From NCBI GenBank assembly GCA_013416795.1, contig RQSC01000018.1, forward strand, positions 204,053 to 268,052: a stretch of 64,000 nucleotides of DNA, given 5' to 3'. Under the pieces are notes generated by a model. That model ran no database searches, was not told the origin of the DNA, and was given only the letters and a program-made list of their open reading frames with translations. This stretch comes from Prasinococcaceae sp. CCMP 1430 (lineage: Eukaryota; Plantae; Prasinodermophyta). Positions 32,504 through 43,351 of the stretch are shown here, piece after piece. The translations under genes were made by a program, and so were the position numbers. How positions within the stretch are numbered: position 1 is the first letter of the stretch; the number at the start of each line of letters is the position of its first letter.

Positions 32504-34045
32504 TTACAATGTGGCGATGGCATCCCCGAGCGCCCATGCGGCCTCAACCTCGACGCCCTTGGGCCCGTACTTGATCTTCTTAACGAAGGTGACGGTGTCG
32601 TTGTCGCGCAGGCCGATGGCCTTGGTGAGCAGCGCGTAGATGTAAGACGCGTCCACGCACATGAACGGGTGGTCGCGGCCCTTGGGGAAAGCAGTTGGCA
32701 GGTTGGCGAAGGACGTCTCGCACACGGACTTGCCTGAGGCGACCATCGCACCGACCTGGCCCGAGACGGTCTCATCGTTCCCGCTGAAGGCAAAAGCCTT
32801 GGTCTCCTCTGCGCGCTCGTAGAGGTAGGACATGAGATACATGCTCTTGGCGCCTGCGCCGTAGCCGCCACCCCACGCGCCATCGAACGAGCACGCGGTC
32901 GTCACCTCGCACGGTGCGCCAACACGCATCGCGCTAGCCACGGCGTCGACGCATCCATCGAAAGCTCCAGTGCTCGCGCCGGCGGGCAGCGTCGAGGCGC
33001 CCCCGTTATACTTAAATTCGGTGGCCTCGGCGCCCTTCAGCGCGCACGAGCCCGCGGCGGCCTGCTTGAGCGTCGCCGCACGGCCCGCCATGAGGCCAAA
33101 GCCCAGGTAGGAATGCTGATACACGTGATAGGTACGCCCGCCGCCCCTGATATCCTTGACGTAGCCCTCGGGCGCGCCCTTCGCGGCGCCCGCCTCGACG
33201 GCATAAACCACCTGCACGGAGCCTCCGCCGAGGTCTGTGACGCCCACGGTTTGGTCGAGCGGCTTGCCCATGTTGCCGAGGAGGTAGTTGACGGCGACCC
33301 AGCCGTACGCGCCTTCGTCAGCGCCATCGAGGATGCTCACGTTGTTCTCGTGGAACTTGAAGCCCGTGACAGCGAGCGTCTTGCGCACGGCGACAAGGAT
33401 GTCCTCGGCCTGGTGGCCGGGGAGCATGCGCAGGCCCGCCGTCGCCCGCAGCGTGACGACCGTGTCGGCACGCGCAGCCTCCGGCACGCGCTCGAGGGCT
33501 TTGTCGATCAGCGGCCCCAGCGATGCCGCGGCGGCCTCGGCGTCGCCCGCGTACGAGCTCAGTCCGGGCTTGAGCTGCTCGAAAAGCTCATCCAACAGCA
33601 CCGGGCCCGATCCTGCCGCCTCAAAGCGGTACACGTGCACGCGGCTGCCGGTCGATCCCGCGTCGAAGACAACCGAGTACTTGAGGCCCGTCGGCGCCAA
33701 GTGCCCTACGGTGGAGCCCGCCTCATCCCAAGCCGTGGGCGCGCGCGGCCAGAGCGCTACGACCAGCATGAGCACCATCACGGGCACCGACACAACGAGC
33801 AGTACCCCGCGGTAGCGGTGGAGCGTGTCCACTGCCGTCTCGCGGCGGTTCCAGCGCGGCGGCATGGCCGCGCGCTGCTGCTGCTGCTGATGGTGCTGCT
33901 CTGGCCGCGGCGGTGCCACGCCCTGCTGCTCCGGCGCGCCCGCCGCGCCGCCGGTCCCTTCCTCCGCAGCTACATCCTTTGCCTCCCCATCCGCAGCCGC
34001 GGCGGGCTTGTCCCCCGCCGCCTGCTCGCCCGCTGGCGCCGCCAT
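32504..34045 (-). CDS. APY: Apyrase (GDA1/CD39 NTPDase), plant APY1/2 type with N-terminal TM
   Basis: ACR motifs FDAGSTGSRVHVY, KPGLSSY, ATAGLRML, DGADEGAYGWVAVNYLLG, DLGGGSVQ, HSYLGFGL, AAWALG. TM segment RYRGVLLVVSVPV. Confidence 0.93.
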   Translation of the reverse strand: MAAPAGEQAAGDKPAAAADGEAKDVAAEEGTGGAAGAPEQQGVAPPRPEQHHQQQQQRAAMPPRWNRRETAVDTLHRYRGVLLVVSVPVMVLMLVVALWPRAPTAWDEAGSTVGHLAPTGLKYSVVFDAGSTGSRVHVYRFEAAGSGPVLLDELFEQLKPGLSSYAGDAEAAAASLGPLIDKALERVPEAARADTVVTLRATAGLRMLPGHQAEDILVAVRKTLAVTGFKFHENNVSILDGADEGAYGWVAVNYLLGNMGKPLDQTVGVTDLGGGSVQVVYAVEAGAAKGAPEGYVKDIRGGGRTYHVYQHSYLGFGLMAGRAATLKQAAAGSCALKGAEATEFKYNGGASTLPAGASTGAFDGCVDAVASAMRVGAPCEVTTACSFDGAWGGGYGAGAKSMYLMSYLYERAEETKAFAFSGNDETVSGQVGAMVASGKSVCETSFANLPTAFPKGRDHPFMCVDASYIYALLTKAIGLRDNDTVTFVKKIKYGPKGVEVEAAWALGDAIATL

Positions 34046-34555
34046 CGCGTGCGCGCCCCGGCGAGGCGCCTGGAAAAAGCGCCCCCGCCCAAAGGCGCCC
34101 GAAGGCGCCCGCCGCTCGCTCGCTCGCTCGCCCACCCGCCCGAGGGCACGATCGCCTCCCCCGGCGGATGGCCTCGCGCCCCGCTTGTCCCCCTCCCCCC
34201 TCCGCGGAAAGGACCGCGCCGCGCCGCGCCGCTTCCCCCCCTCCTTCCGCCGCAGGGCGTGCCCCTGCCTGCGCGCCGCGACGGGCCGAGAGCATTCCCT
34301 GAGGTCCCCGGGCGAGCGGGCGGGCGGGGCGGGGGCGAGGCGCACGCGCAGCGGCGCGCCGTCGCATGCCAGCGCCCAACACCCCTGCGCTTCCACGTGC
34401 GCAAATCGGGCAAATCGGGACGAATTCGGAACGATACCACGGCGCGGAAACCTGGCCGTGACGACCTCTCGAGAGCGAGGAGAGCGCTGCTGCGGGGCGC
34501 CGCCACAGGCCGCGGCCGGCGCGCCGCGCCGCAGCGGGCGCCGGCGCGGGGCGCG

Positions 34556-36706
34556 ATGGACGGCGGCGGCAAGCAGCAGCACCCGCCGCAGCACGTGCCG
34601 CCCGCCAAGCAGGCGGCACATGCGCCGGAGGCCGAGAGGCGGCGGCTGTTCGTGGTCTGTGGCAAGGGCGCGCGCGCAGCTGAGCTCGCGGCGCTCTTTC
34701 GGCAGTACGGAGCGCTCGCACGCGAGCCGCACGTCGTCGTCGACAAGCACAGCGGCGCCCCGCGCGGGTGCGCGTATGTACACTTCCGTGCGCCTGCGGA
34801 CGCCGCGGCAGCGGCGGAGGCGCTGGACGGCGCGCAAAAGACCTTCGCCGACGGGATCGCGCGGACCCTGAAGGTCGTAGTTGCAGAGCCCCGCGATGCT
34901 GGAGGCGGCGGAGGCGACGACGCGGGCGAGGTGCAGCAGCGTCAGCAGAAGCCAACGCAGCAGGAGGCGGCGCAGCAGCCGGCGGCGGCGGCGGCGGCGC
35001 CGCAGCAGCATCAGCAGCCACAGCCCGAGGCGGCGCAGCACCCGGACAATATCCCGCCTCGCAGCCGAGTCTTCGCGATCGTACCGCGTGACGCAGACGA
35101 GGCAGCTCTCTGCGAGGCATTTCGTAGCGCTGGCGGAGCGCAGTTACAGGGTGTGACGCTCGTACGAGACAAAAACACGGGCGAGTCCAAGGGCGCGGCT
35201 TACGCCAAATTTGCCACAGCAGCGGCTGCCGCCGCGCTCATTGAGCAGACGATGGAGACGAACGGTGGTCAGGTGGGTCAGTTCAAGGTCACCTTGAAGC
35301 TCGCCGAGCCTCGCGCAGCCAAGTCTGTGTCGAGCACGGGGGGCAATGCCAATGGGAATGGGGCGCACGGAGCACAGAGCAGCGGCGGCAATAGCACTGC
35401 GCGGGGGCACCGCACGCGCCGTGGCAAGCGAGCGCACCACCCGTCGATGTCGCGGTCTGTCGAGAGCGGGGCAACGGGCGCGGCCCCTGCATCGCGGCGG
35501 CGCACTGAGAGCAGTTCGGACACTGCGACCTCCGCCGCACGCCATGCGCACTCTCAGCATGCTCAACAGGCTCAACAGGCGCAACAGCAAGAAGTGATCT
35601 CAGGCATGGATATACACAGGAGTGTGGTGGCTGCGCTCGGAGACTCGTTCGCGCAGGTCATGGGTGTCCGCGACACGGCAGGATCTCCCAGCACCTCAGA
35701 TACATCGCGCGCGCACTCGCTGCCACCCGCCGCGATGGCCGCGATCGCATCGCAGCTACTTCGCAACGCCGGCATGACGAGCGCAGCTGCTGTCGCCGCG
35801 GCGGCCGCTGCTGAGGCGGCCACCGTAGACTTTCACCAAGCATCTGCCGAGGCTCAACGCCAGCAAGTGCACATGCAAGCCTACGCGAATCTGCAGGCGT
35901 ATGCGCAGGCGAGGCAGGCGCAAGAGACGCAAATGCCATTTTTCCCCGCTCAAACGTTTAAGGCGCAGCCTTGCGCGTACGTGAACCCTGGACAACACGT
36001 ACCTCACAGAGCAACCCCGCCTGGAGGTGCAACCCTGCCGCAGGCTTGTAGCGCTGCACTCGTGGAGCACAGCCCACGCGGCGATGAAACCCACGAAGCG
36101 CCGAGGACGCAGGAGGTGGACAGGGACGATGTCGTCGACGCTCAGGTCAGCGGAGACTCCGCCAGCACGGCTGTTGCCGCGGGCGAGCGACAGCAAGGCG
36201 TCGAGGCGGTGATGGTCGCACGGGGCTCGGGGCGGCCAACGCAGGAGAGTGCCAGTGGTGGGGCTGATACGCAACAGCCTCCAGTGGACGAGCGCAGGTT
36301 GTTTGTGACTTGGTCGAATGCGCTGCCAGTCGCGGGGGGCGAGAGTGCGCTGCGTGCGGCCTTTGAATGCTTCGGCACGCTTGAGTCGTTCCGCGTTGGC
36401 CGTAAGGGCGGGGGTGGCAACGGTAGCGCTGGCGGCAGCAGCACATTTGCGCACGTCGCCTTCACTTCCCGCGATGCGGCTACTGAAGCAAAGCGCGCTC
36501 TGGATGGAACCGAACCCGTCGCGGGCGTTGGGCTTCTGCGATGTCAGGTGGCTGATCCGGGGCATGGGCGGCGCAAGCGCCAGCGTGTCGATGCCGGGCA
36601 ATCTCCAGCAGCAGGGGGCGACGGTCGCCGTCCCCGGAGCCAGGAACGTCCAGCGGCTATTGTAAGCCATGGCCACGAGCAGCAGGGGCGTGGAAAAAAG
36701 TTGTAA
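34556..36706 (+). CDS. RBM45: Multi-RRM RNA-binding protein, RBM45-like
   Basis: Three RRMs: RLFVVCGK...RGCAYVHF; PPRSRVFAIVPR...DKNTGESKGAAYAKF...KLAEPR; RRLFVT...FAHVAF. Confidence 0.7.
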   Translation: MDGGGKQQHPPQHVPPAKQAAHAPEAERRRLFVVCGKGARAAELAALFRQYGALAREPHVVVDKHSGAPRGCAYVHFRAPADAAAAAEALDGAQKTFADGIARTLKVVVAEPRDAGGGGGDDAGEVQQRQQKPTQQEAAQQPAAAAAAPQQHQQPQPEAAQHPDNIPPRSRVFAIVPRDADEAALCEAFRSAGGAQLQGVTLVRDKNTGESKGAAYAKFATAAAAAALIEQTMETNGGQVGQFKVTLKLAEPRAAKSVSSTGGNANGNGAHGAQSSGGNSTARGHRTRRGKRAHHPSMSRSVESGATGAAPASRRRTESSSDTATSAARHAHSQHAQQAQQAQQQEVISGMDIHRSVVAALGDSFAQVMGVRDTAGSPSTSDTSRAHSLPPAAMAAIASQLLRNAGMTSAAAVAAAAAAEAATVDFHQASAEAQRQQVHMQAYANLQAYAQARQAQETQMPFFPAQTFKAQPCAYVNPGQHVPHRATPPGGATLPQACSAALVEHSPRGDETHEAPRTQEVDRDDVVDAQVSGDSASTAVAAGERQQGVEAVMVARGSGRPTQESASGGADTQQPPVDERRLFVTWSNALPVAGGESALRAAFECFGTLESFRVGRKGGGGNGSAGGSSTFAHVAFTSRDAATEAKRALDGTEPVAGVGLLRCQVADPGHGRRKRQRVDAGQSPAAGGDGRRPRSQERPAAIVSHGHEQQGRGKKL

Positions 36707-36814
36707 AGTATGCTTATCTAGTACAGTACTATCTATAGACTAGAGTGTGTACATGTTTTGCTAGCAGTCCGTGTCGCCTATCTAACCTTGGCAACTACCT
36801 GTGCCTCCTTGCAC

Positions 36815-39800
36815 CTACCCTGAGCATGATGCGCGCTGTCGGAGCGTCCTCGTGCACCTCTCGCCATAAAATGCGCGGTACGGCTCCGGCAGCTTGGCCA
36901 GCGCATCGCCTGCCTGCCTCGCCAGGCTGGCGGCCGCCTCGGCACGCACCGGGTCGCGATTGCCGTACAGGTCCTTGGCAGCGAGCTCGGAAGGCGCAAG
37001 CCCGCGCCAAAACACATTGGCAGAGACCGAAAAGTCATCGAGGGTGGCCACCGCATGCACCCAGAGCGCCGGAATGTACAAAGTGTCGCCAGGTCTGAGC
37101 ACGCATTCGAGTGCGCCCATGTGCTGAGCCGCAGCGAGCATGTCGGCCTCGTCCAGCAGCCGCGTCGAGCTGCTGTCGGGTGCGATGCCGAGCGAAGTGG
37201 CTGCCGCTGGTGGGAAGAGCAGCACTCGCTTGCTGCCACGCAGCTGCACGAGTGCGTTTTCCATCACGTCGAAGTGGGGCCACAGGCTGCACCCAGGCGA
37301 GGTCACGCGAAGTATGCTCGAGTGATACCTCTCCGGGGCGTACAGCTCGCTCGGGAGCGCAACGCCTTGAGCAAGATCCGGGAAATCCTTTTCCAGATTC
37401 GCCCTGTCGCTGCGGGAGTCGCGTCCAACCGAACGTAGGTACAAGCATTGCGTTGAACGTGCAGCGCCGCCATTGGGGGAGGGGATCGCCGCGGCCTTGC
37501 GGACAAAGTCGCCGAAGCCCATCCTGACGTACTTGAAGTTTTTCCCGACAAAGTCCAGCGCCGCAGTGTCGTTGCACTCGTGCACGGTGACACTCGCGCC
37601 GGCACACGCGCTTGCAGCCATCCTCTCGGGGCTCCATGCGTCCGGGCCAGCTGGCAGAACCTTAAGCCCGGTGATCACGGCAGGCACCATGCCGTGCCGC
37701 AGGTCGGCGCCTATAGTACACACATCTCGTTCGCCTGCCTCCAGAACCCTCACACGCGCAGGCAAGGGCTTTGGACAAATGTGTCGCGCAGCATCGGCAG
37801 CGCCCGCAACCCCGGGTGTCCGCAGCAGCGGCGCCATGCCTGCCTTCGGGTAGCAGGCCACATCGACAACGATGTGATCCACGCGCGGTGCGTACGACTT
37901 AACCCGCTCGATGTGCTGCACGATGCATCGCAGCGGTGGTCCGCCGCACGAGCGCGCCGTTGCAAGGCTCTCGAGCGACGCCGCGCAGCCTCGCGCCCAC
38001 GTCTGGGTCTCGTCGGTGCGCACGTTGGCGTGTACGTGCAGGATGCCGCCCTCGGGGCGCAGGGCCTCGACAGCTGTGTGCCAGGATTTCTCAGAAGTTG
38101 GTATCAGGCCGAGCAGGACACGATGCGCGACGCCTTTGGGCGCCATTTTGCGGTTGTCGCCCTCACGTACCTCGCAGCGCGCCTCGACACCGTTCCGGCG
38201 CAGGTTGTGACGGAGCGCCTGCGCGGCGGGCGCATTCCACTCGCACGCCACCAGATGCGCCACACCCGCTCGCCGTAGCAGCGGTATGGTAAAGTATCCG
38301 ATGCCTGCAAAGAGGTCTACCACAGTTTCGCCCCGCGCATGCACGTCGCCCATGCGTCGCTTCTCCGTCCCATTTCCGGACGAGTACATGACCTGCGTCA
38401 CGTCCAGGCCGTACACCACGCCGTTGTCGCGCACCTCCGTCCAGCCTCCGGATGCGGCCGCGCCCGAACGTGCGTACAGGATCGCGGCGCGGCTGTGGCG
38501 CTTCTCGCTGGCGTCAATCTCCGCCTGGCGCGCGAGGCGATTGCAGCCCAGTGCGCGCGCGACGACCTCCCAAATCGAGGGGGGTGCGTCCACGCCAGCT
38601 GTGGCAGCCGCCTCGATGTAGGGAGCCCACTCTTCGGCGGTGAATGCGCGCTGACTGAGCATGGCCACGTCGCCCAGCATCTCCCAACGCAGCGCTTTCG
38701 CCTCGGCGGCTGCGAGCGCATCGGCAGCCCGGGCGTCGAGAGATCGCGTGCCTGCGGTGGTTGCGGCGCGCAGGTAGTCGCACAAGCCCACGCGCAGGGC
38801 ATCGCGCGGCGTGAGCGATGTGCGAGTGAGCACAGCGCTCCGGCCGCCGTCGCCCTGGCCGCCCTCAACCCCGAACTCCTCATCGCGCACAACCCGCGCC
38901 TCGGAAACTCTGTCGAGAAGGCCGATCGCGGCAGCGAGTATCTGAAGGACGCGCACGTCGGCGTCGGATTCATCACTGCCATCGGCTGCCACGGCAAGCT
39001 CGCCATAGGTACTCGCCCCGGAGGCGGCCGAGCCAAGCACACCAACAGCGGCTGCGTGTACGATGGGCAAGACGACCTCGGTTTCTGTCACGGGTACGCG
39101 CATCGAGCGGTCAAGGAGCTTGGAGGACTTGAGCGCATCCTTCCACGCCTTGGCGCAGCGCTTGCGCACCGCGAGCGCCGCAGGCGGGGCGAGCGCGCAC
39201 TGCGCGCTCACGTCGGTGGCGGGGGCGCCATCAGTGACGTTGAGCGCACCGAGCGCTGCAGGTATGTCGGAGCAGGTGGGAGCGTAGACACATGTGAGGT
39301 GGTCGAAGGCCTTCTCGAACCGCTCGATGCGCGCCCAGTTGTCGTGCATCTTGCCGTTAGATAGCCGCACGAGCGTGCGCAAGTACCGGTCGGACACAAG
39401 TAGCTCGCCGTTGAGCGCGACAGGCACCTCGAGGCGCACCGAGCAGCGCACGCTGCAAACGTGGCGCTTGTTGGAGGGCGCAATGCCGGACTCCCGCAGG
39501 CCAGCGCCGACGGCCGCCGCCACGAGCGCAGCGGCGGCTTGTGCAGAGCGGCACTCGACGGCGAGGATGAAGGGCTCGAAGCGCAGCGTCAGCGGCCCCG
39601 CGTGCGGCGAGGTATCGCGCGCGCAAGAGGCGGCTCTCACCACGGCCTCGGCGTCGGCGAGGCCGTGCTCGAGGTAGAGCCACTCGCCGCCGCCACGCTT
39701 GCGCTTTGGGTCGAAGTCGGTCTCGTCGCCGCCGTCGCCGCCAGGGGCGCGCGGCTCCTGGAAGAGCGCGAGCCTGCCAGAGCAGCTCGAGGTTGTGTAG

Positions 39801-39988
39801 TAGTCTTGCGAGGAGTTCACGCGCGCACAGAGCTCTTCCACGGGCGCGTCCACGCACCCCTTGCGACTACGGTCGACGCGCGCCGCTCCGTAGAGCGCCG
39901 TCATCGCTGCTGCGCGTCGCTGCTCAAACGCGGTGCCGCCGCCGCCGCCGCCGCCGCCGCATGCTGCCGCCGGCGTTGCCGCGACCAT
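36815..39988 (-). CDS. TYW3: Wybutosine-pathway fusion protein: TYW3 methyltransferase + TYW2 aminocarboxypropyltransferase + TYW5-type JmjC hydroxylase
   Basis: TYW3: DRSRKGCVDAP, YYTTSSCSGR, GLRESGI. TYW2: MYSSGNGTEK, VVDLFAGIGYF, RVLLGLIPTS, VKSYAP. JmjC: LDFVGKNFKY, LYLRSVG, LWPHFDVMEN, GDTLYIPALWVH, KDLYGNRD. Single ORF with no Ns. Confidence 0.92.
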   Translation of the reverse strand: MVAATPAAACGGGGGGGGTAFEQRRAAAMTALYGAARVDRSRKGCVDAPVEELCARVNSSQDYYTTSSCSGRLALFQEPRAPGGDGGDETDFDPKRKRGGGEWLYLEHGLADAEAVVRAASCARDTSPHAGPLTLRFEPFILAVECRSAQAAAALVAAAVGAGLRESGIAPSNKRHVCSVRCSVRLEVPVALNGELLVSDRYLRTLVRLSNGKMHDNWARIERFEKAFDHLTCVYAPTCSDIPAALGALNVTDGAPATDVSAQCALAPPAALAVRKRCAKAWKDALKSSKLLDRSMRVPVTETEVVLPIVHAAAVGVLGSAASGASTYGELAVAADGSDESDADVRVLQILAAAIGLLDRVSEARVVRDEEFGVEGGQGDGGRSAVLTRTSLTPRDALRVGLCDYLRAATTAGTRSLDARAADALAAAEAKALRWEMLGDVAMLSQRAFTAEEWAPYIEAAATAGVDAPPSIWEVVARALGCNRLARQAEIDASEKRHSRAAILYARSGAAASGGWTEVRDNGVVYGLDVTQVMYSSGNGTEKRRMGDVHARGETVVDLFAGIGYFTIPLLRRAGVAHLVACEWNAPAAQALRHNLRRNGVEARCEVREGDNRKMAPKGVAHRVLLGLIPTSEKSWHTAVEALRPEGGILHVHANVRTDETQTWARGCAASLESLATARSCGGPPLRCIVQHIERVKSYAPRVDHIVVDVACYPKAGMAPLLRTPGVAGAADAARHICPKPLPARVRVLEAGERDVCTIGADLRHGMVPAVITGLKVLPAGPDAWSPERMAASACAGASVTVHECNDTAALDFVGKNFKYVRMGFGDFVRKAAAIPSPNGGAARSTQCLYLRSVGRDSRSDRANLEKDFPDLAQGVALPSELYAPERYHSSILRVTSPGCSLWPHFDVMENALVQLRGSKRVLLFPPAAATSLGIAPDSSSTRLLDEADMLAAAQHMGALECVLRPGDTLYIPALWVHAVATLDDFSVSANVFWRGLAPSELAAKDLYGNRDPVRAEAAASLARQAGDALAKLPEPYRAFYGERCTRTLRQRASCSG

Positions 39989-40591
39989 CGCTGCCGCCGC
40001 GCGCCGGGGGCAGAACTTCGAGGGCCCCCGGGGAATGGCTCGCCAACGCGTCGCCCTGCAGAGCGCGCGCGCACACTGGCAGCCGCCGCAGCATTTGGCC
40101 GCCCGCCCTGCAGCGACGCGGAGTTACGGTTACAATCGCATCTCACCTTGTTGTTGATATTCCTCCCACCCTCGACAATGATGCATAGCGTGTCGTGGTG
40201 CTTGATATTTGGGGTAGTGGTAGGGTCTTATCATACTACAAGTGCATGCACAGAGGCTCTGCCTGCATTTCAGCACTTCTGTGACGGGAATTTCAGATGC
40301 ATTATCTGGTGAATTACGGAGTGTATTCGATGCAAGTTCCATTCCGCGGTTTGTGTAGTCCCGGCGGCGGCCAAGCGGCGGCCGCGCTGGCGCGCGCGTG
40401 CGCGAGCGCTCCCGCATGATGTGGACCGGAGAGGGGGACGGAGGCGGGGCATGAGCAGGTGGGACGGCTTGAGGCGTGGTGTGGCGTGGCTCGGGCCCGG
40501 AGGCTGAGGGCAGGCGTCCCCTCGCTCGCGAGTCCGGCGCGAGCCGCTCGCCACGGGGCCACAGCGCACGCGCCCAGCGCTGGCGCCGCGC

Positions 40592-42826
40592 GTGAGCGTT
40601 TGCGCAGGTGCCAGCGCTTGCGCGGTGGGGAGGGACCGTGCGCTTTTTCGAATCCTTCTTGTCGGCCTTGGCGGCGGCCGTGGCGGACGTGGTGGTGGGC
40701 GCAGTGGGCGCGGAGGCGGGCGCGGTGGCGGGCGCAGCGGGAAGGCGCCGCGTGGGGGCGGCAGCGGTCGCGCAGACGGCGGCGATGTGACCAAGCCCAA
40801 GGGCGGCGAGCGCGGCTGGGCCAAGGCAGGGGGCATGTCCTTCCTCAAGGGTCCCTCGCGCGGCGAAGGCGTCAAGGCGGCTACCGAACCGAAGAAATTG
40901 TCGGCCGCGCAGCACGCTAAGGCGCGCAACGACGCCAAGAGTGTGACTAAGGCAGTCGTCAAGGACGCGGTGGCACACTGGGAAAAGTTCCGCACGACGA
41001 CGGCACCGAAGGCTGAGCGCGAGCGCCACGCTGACGCCGCGCTGGACGCGATGGCCGGTGACCTGGTGGCGCTGTGCATGGGGCCGAAGACGGCGCGCGT
41101 CGCACAGTCGGCCCTCAAGTGCGCGTCCGACGCCAAGCGTGCGGCAGCGTTTGCCGAGCTCACGCCGCACATGGCCGAGCTCGCCAAGGGGCGCCACGCG
41201 CACTTCGTGGTGAAGAAGCTGCTCGACTACTTCGAACGCAACGATACGGCCGCGCTCGAGAGTGCACTGAAGCGCAAGACGGCTATGCTGCTTCGCCAGC
41301 AGTGGAGCGCGGGCGTGGTCGACCACCTGTACCACCTCGTGTCGGCCAAGCGCAGGAGGTTCATGCTGCTCGAGCTGTACGGCAAGGAGTTCACGCTGTT
41401 CGGCGCCGAGGACAACGTCGGTGCGGCTGCCGCTGATGCCGACGCCGAGCGCGCACCGACGCTGCCGCGCCTGCTCGCCAAGGCGAGCGGCGCAGACGCC
41501 CGCCGCGAAATTCTGCGGCGCACATACGACGCAATGTGGCCATGCATCGAGAAGGGGCTTGTTGACAGCCCGTTGGTGCACAAGTGGCTGGCTGAGTTCC
41601 TGCCCGTGTGCCTGCCCGGCCAAATGGAGGAGCTCGTCGAGGCGCTGTGCGGACCAGTGCTGCTGCGCATGATGCACACCAAGGATGGGGCCGCGGCCTG
41701 CTCGTGGATCGTGTCGCGCGCAACCCCCAAGCAGCGCAAGGCGCTCGCCAAGGCATGCAAGGGCCATGTGGCGAAGATTGCTTCCAACGAACACGGCGCG
41801 ATCGTTATGGCCGCCTTTCTCAGCGTCCTCGATGACACGGCGCTCGCCAACAAGGCGCTGCTCGGTGAGCTTCGGGCGGGAGCGGATGACGTGGTGTGCA
41901 GTCGTGCCGCAGGGCGCATGGTCGCCGCGGCGGCGCTCGCGCCGCCGTCGGCGACCTCCGTCGGCGCAGAGGCGGTGGCGATGTTCGAGGCATGCGGCGT
42001 GCTTATCTCCGCAACGCAGGGCGAGAACGCCGATGCCGACGCCGACGCCGGTGAGCTTGCGGGCGATGGCGACGATGACAGCGATGACGATGGCGACATT
42101 GCGGCTGAGATTGCCGAGGCTGCACGCGCCAAAAAAGCGGCGGCAAAGGCGGGCACCTCGGGCGTGAGCAAGAAGGCTGGCGAGAGGCGGCGACAGGAGC
42201 TCCTCGGCGGCTCAGGCCAGCTGGGCGCCACGGTGTGCGCGGCGGCCGCACGCAACGTCGGCAAGCTCATGCGTGATAGCAAAGGTGCCGGCGAGCTGCT
42301 CGTGGCGCTGGTCACTTCCACGAGCCTCGCACAGGCATGTCCCGAGGGACTGGCCGAGGTGTGCGAAGCCATCGCGGAGGAGGCCGCCAGGGAGGAGGCA
42401 GGTGAGGCTGAGGCGGGTGGAGAGACGGAACGGGACAAGAGTGACGGGGACGAAGGAGAGGACGAGGACGAGGAAGAGTGGGAGCCTGTGCGCACGCACT
42501 TTTCCGGCAGCCGACTGCTGCGCCGGCTTCTGCAAGCGTCCCCTTTGGAGGGGCTGTCGCCCTCTCTGGCAGCGCGTGTGTGGCAGCGGGCGGTCAGCGG
42601 CAAAGTATCGATCTGGGGAAAGGACCATGGCGCCAAGGTGGTGGCGGCGCTGTGCGCAAGCGTGGACGCCGACGTCGCGAAGGCTGCGGCTCAGGAGGTC
42701 AAAGCAGCTGTGAAGGCCGGCGAGCTCGCCAAGGACGCGGTGCGAGTCGGCGGCAAGCGTGCCGCGGTCGAGGTGGCCGATGCTCCCAAATCGGCCTCAA
42801 AAACGAGCAAGCGCCTGCGGAAATGA
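40592..42826 (+). CDS. PUM3: Pumilio homolog 3 / Puf-A / APUM24-like nucleolar protein; true start uncertain (first in-frame ATG 40835)
   Basis: ARVAQSALKC, HAHFVVKKLLDY, LLELYGKEFTLF, EKGLVDSPLVH, RMMHTKDG, TPKQRK, VLDDT, SKKAGERRRQELL (CPL region). Confidence 0.85.
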   Translation: MSVCAGASACAVGRDRALFRILLVGLGGGRGGRGGGRSGRGGGRGGGRSGKAPRGGGSGRADGGDVTKPKGGERGWAKAGGMSFLKGPSRGEGVKAATEPKKLSAAQHAKARNDAKSVTKAVVKDAVAHWEKFRTTTAPKAERERHADAALDAMAGDLVALCMGPKTARVAQSALKCASDAKRAAAFAELTPHMAELAKGRHAHFVVKKLLDYFERNDTAALESALKRKTAMLLRQQWSAGVVDHLYHLVSAKRRRFMLLELYGKEFTLFGAEDNVGAAAADADAERAPTLPRLLAKASGADARREILRRTYDAMWPCIEKGLVDSPLVHKWLAEFLPVCLPGQMEELVEALCGPVLLRMMHTKDGAAACSWIVSRATPKQRKALAKACKGHVAKIASNEHGAIVMAAFLSVLDDTALANKALLGELRAGADDVVCSRAAGRMVAAAALAPPSATSVGAEAVAMFEACGVLISATQGENADADADAGELAGDGDDDSDDDGDIAAEIAEAARAKKAAAKAGTSGVSKKAGERRRQELLGGSGQLGATVCAAAARNVGKLMRDSKGAGELLVALVTSTSLAQACPEGLAEVCEAIAEEAAREEAGEAEAGGETERDKSDGDEGEDEDEEEWEPVRTHFSGSRLLRRLLQASPLEGLSPSLAARVWQRAVSGKVSIWGKDHGAKVVAALCASVDADVAKAAAQEVKAAVKAGELAKDAVRVGGKRAAVEVADAPKSASKTSKRLRK

Positions 42827-43351
42827 GGCAACGTGAGGAGGTGCGTGAGCTCACGCGTGCCTTTTAGTACACGCGGGTGAGGGGCGCTCGCGCGCATCCA
42901 CATTGGCTGTGAGGACAAGCACGCTTCCACAGCCCGGGCAGCGCTCGTGCCGTCCGTCGGCACTGGCGTCTTCCGGGCGATGAGTGGTCCACCCGATCAA
43001 ATTCTGGGTGTGCCTTGCTAATCTGAGCTGGGCCCACGCCACGCCGGCGGTATGCCTTGTGTGCCATACGAGTATCCAGCGTCAGCTTGGTTGCCTTCGA
43101 CACCGGTGCTGACAATCTGCTTCCTGCATGGCTCTGTACCTGCGCCCGCGTGCTCTTTGACTCCTTACGGAAGGCTCTCTCCGGTCAGCGCAGGCATGTG
43201 TGGTGCTCGTCCGTTCGTGGCGTAAGCAGCATGGTTCCTTGTGATGCTGGTTGGGGTCGGCACCCGGGTCTTATTACTTGTTTGTGCGTGTGGGCACCGT
43301 GCGGAGCAGTTGCAGAGCATACACGCGCTCTTGAGGCCACCGCAGCGAGAG

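Noticed and set aside
32504-36706. Apparent large overlap of the apyrase (845 aa) and RRM (1197 aa) ORFs
   Set aside because: Plausible ATGs at 34045 (-) and 34556 (+) give two ordinary divergent genes with no overlap.
40630-40690. Minus strand reads AAAKADKKDSKKRT, suggestive of an inverted PUM3 N-terminal piece
   Set aside because: No flanking inverted repeats or ATG support an inversion, and it could be chance.
16821-42826. Clustering of RNA/translation genes (RBMX2, bL9, DDX6, RPL3, RBM45, TYW, PUM3) as a functional cluster
   Set aside because: These genes are interspersed with unrelated ones, and such genes are common in compact algal genomes.
42970-43035. Possible C/D-box snoRNA (GCGATGA...CTGA)
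   Set aside because: The C box is imperfect, the terminal stem is weak, and I could not recognise an rRNA-complementary guide.
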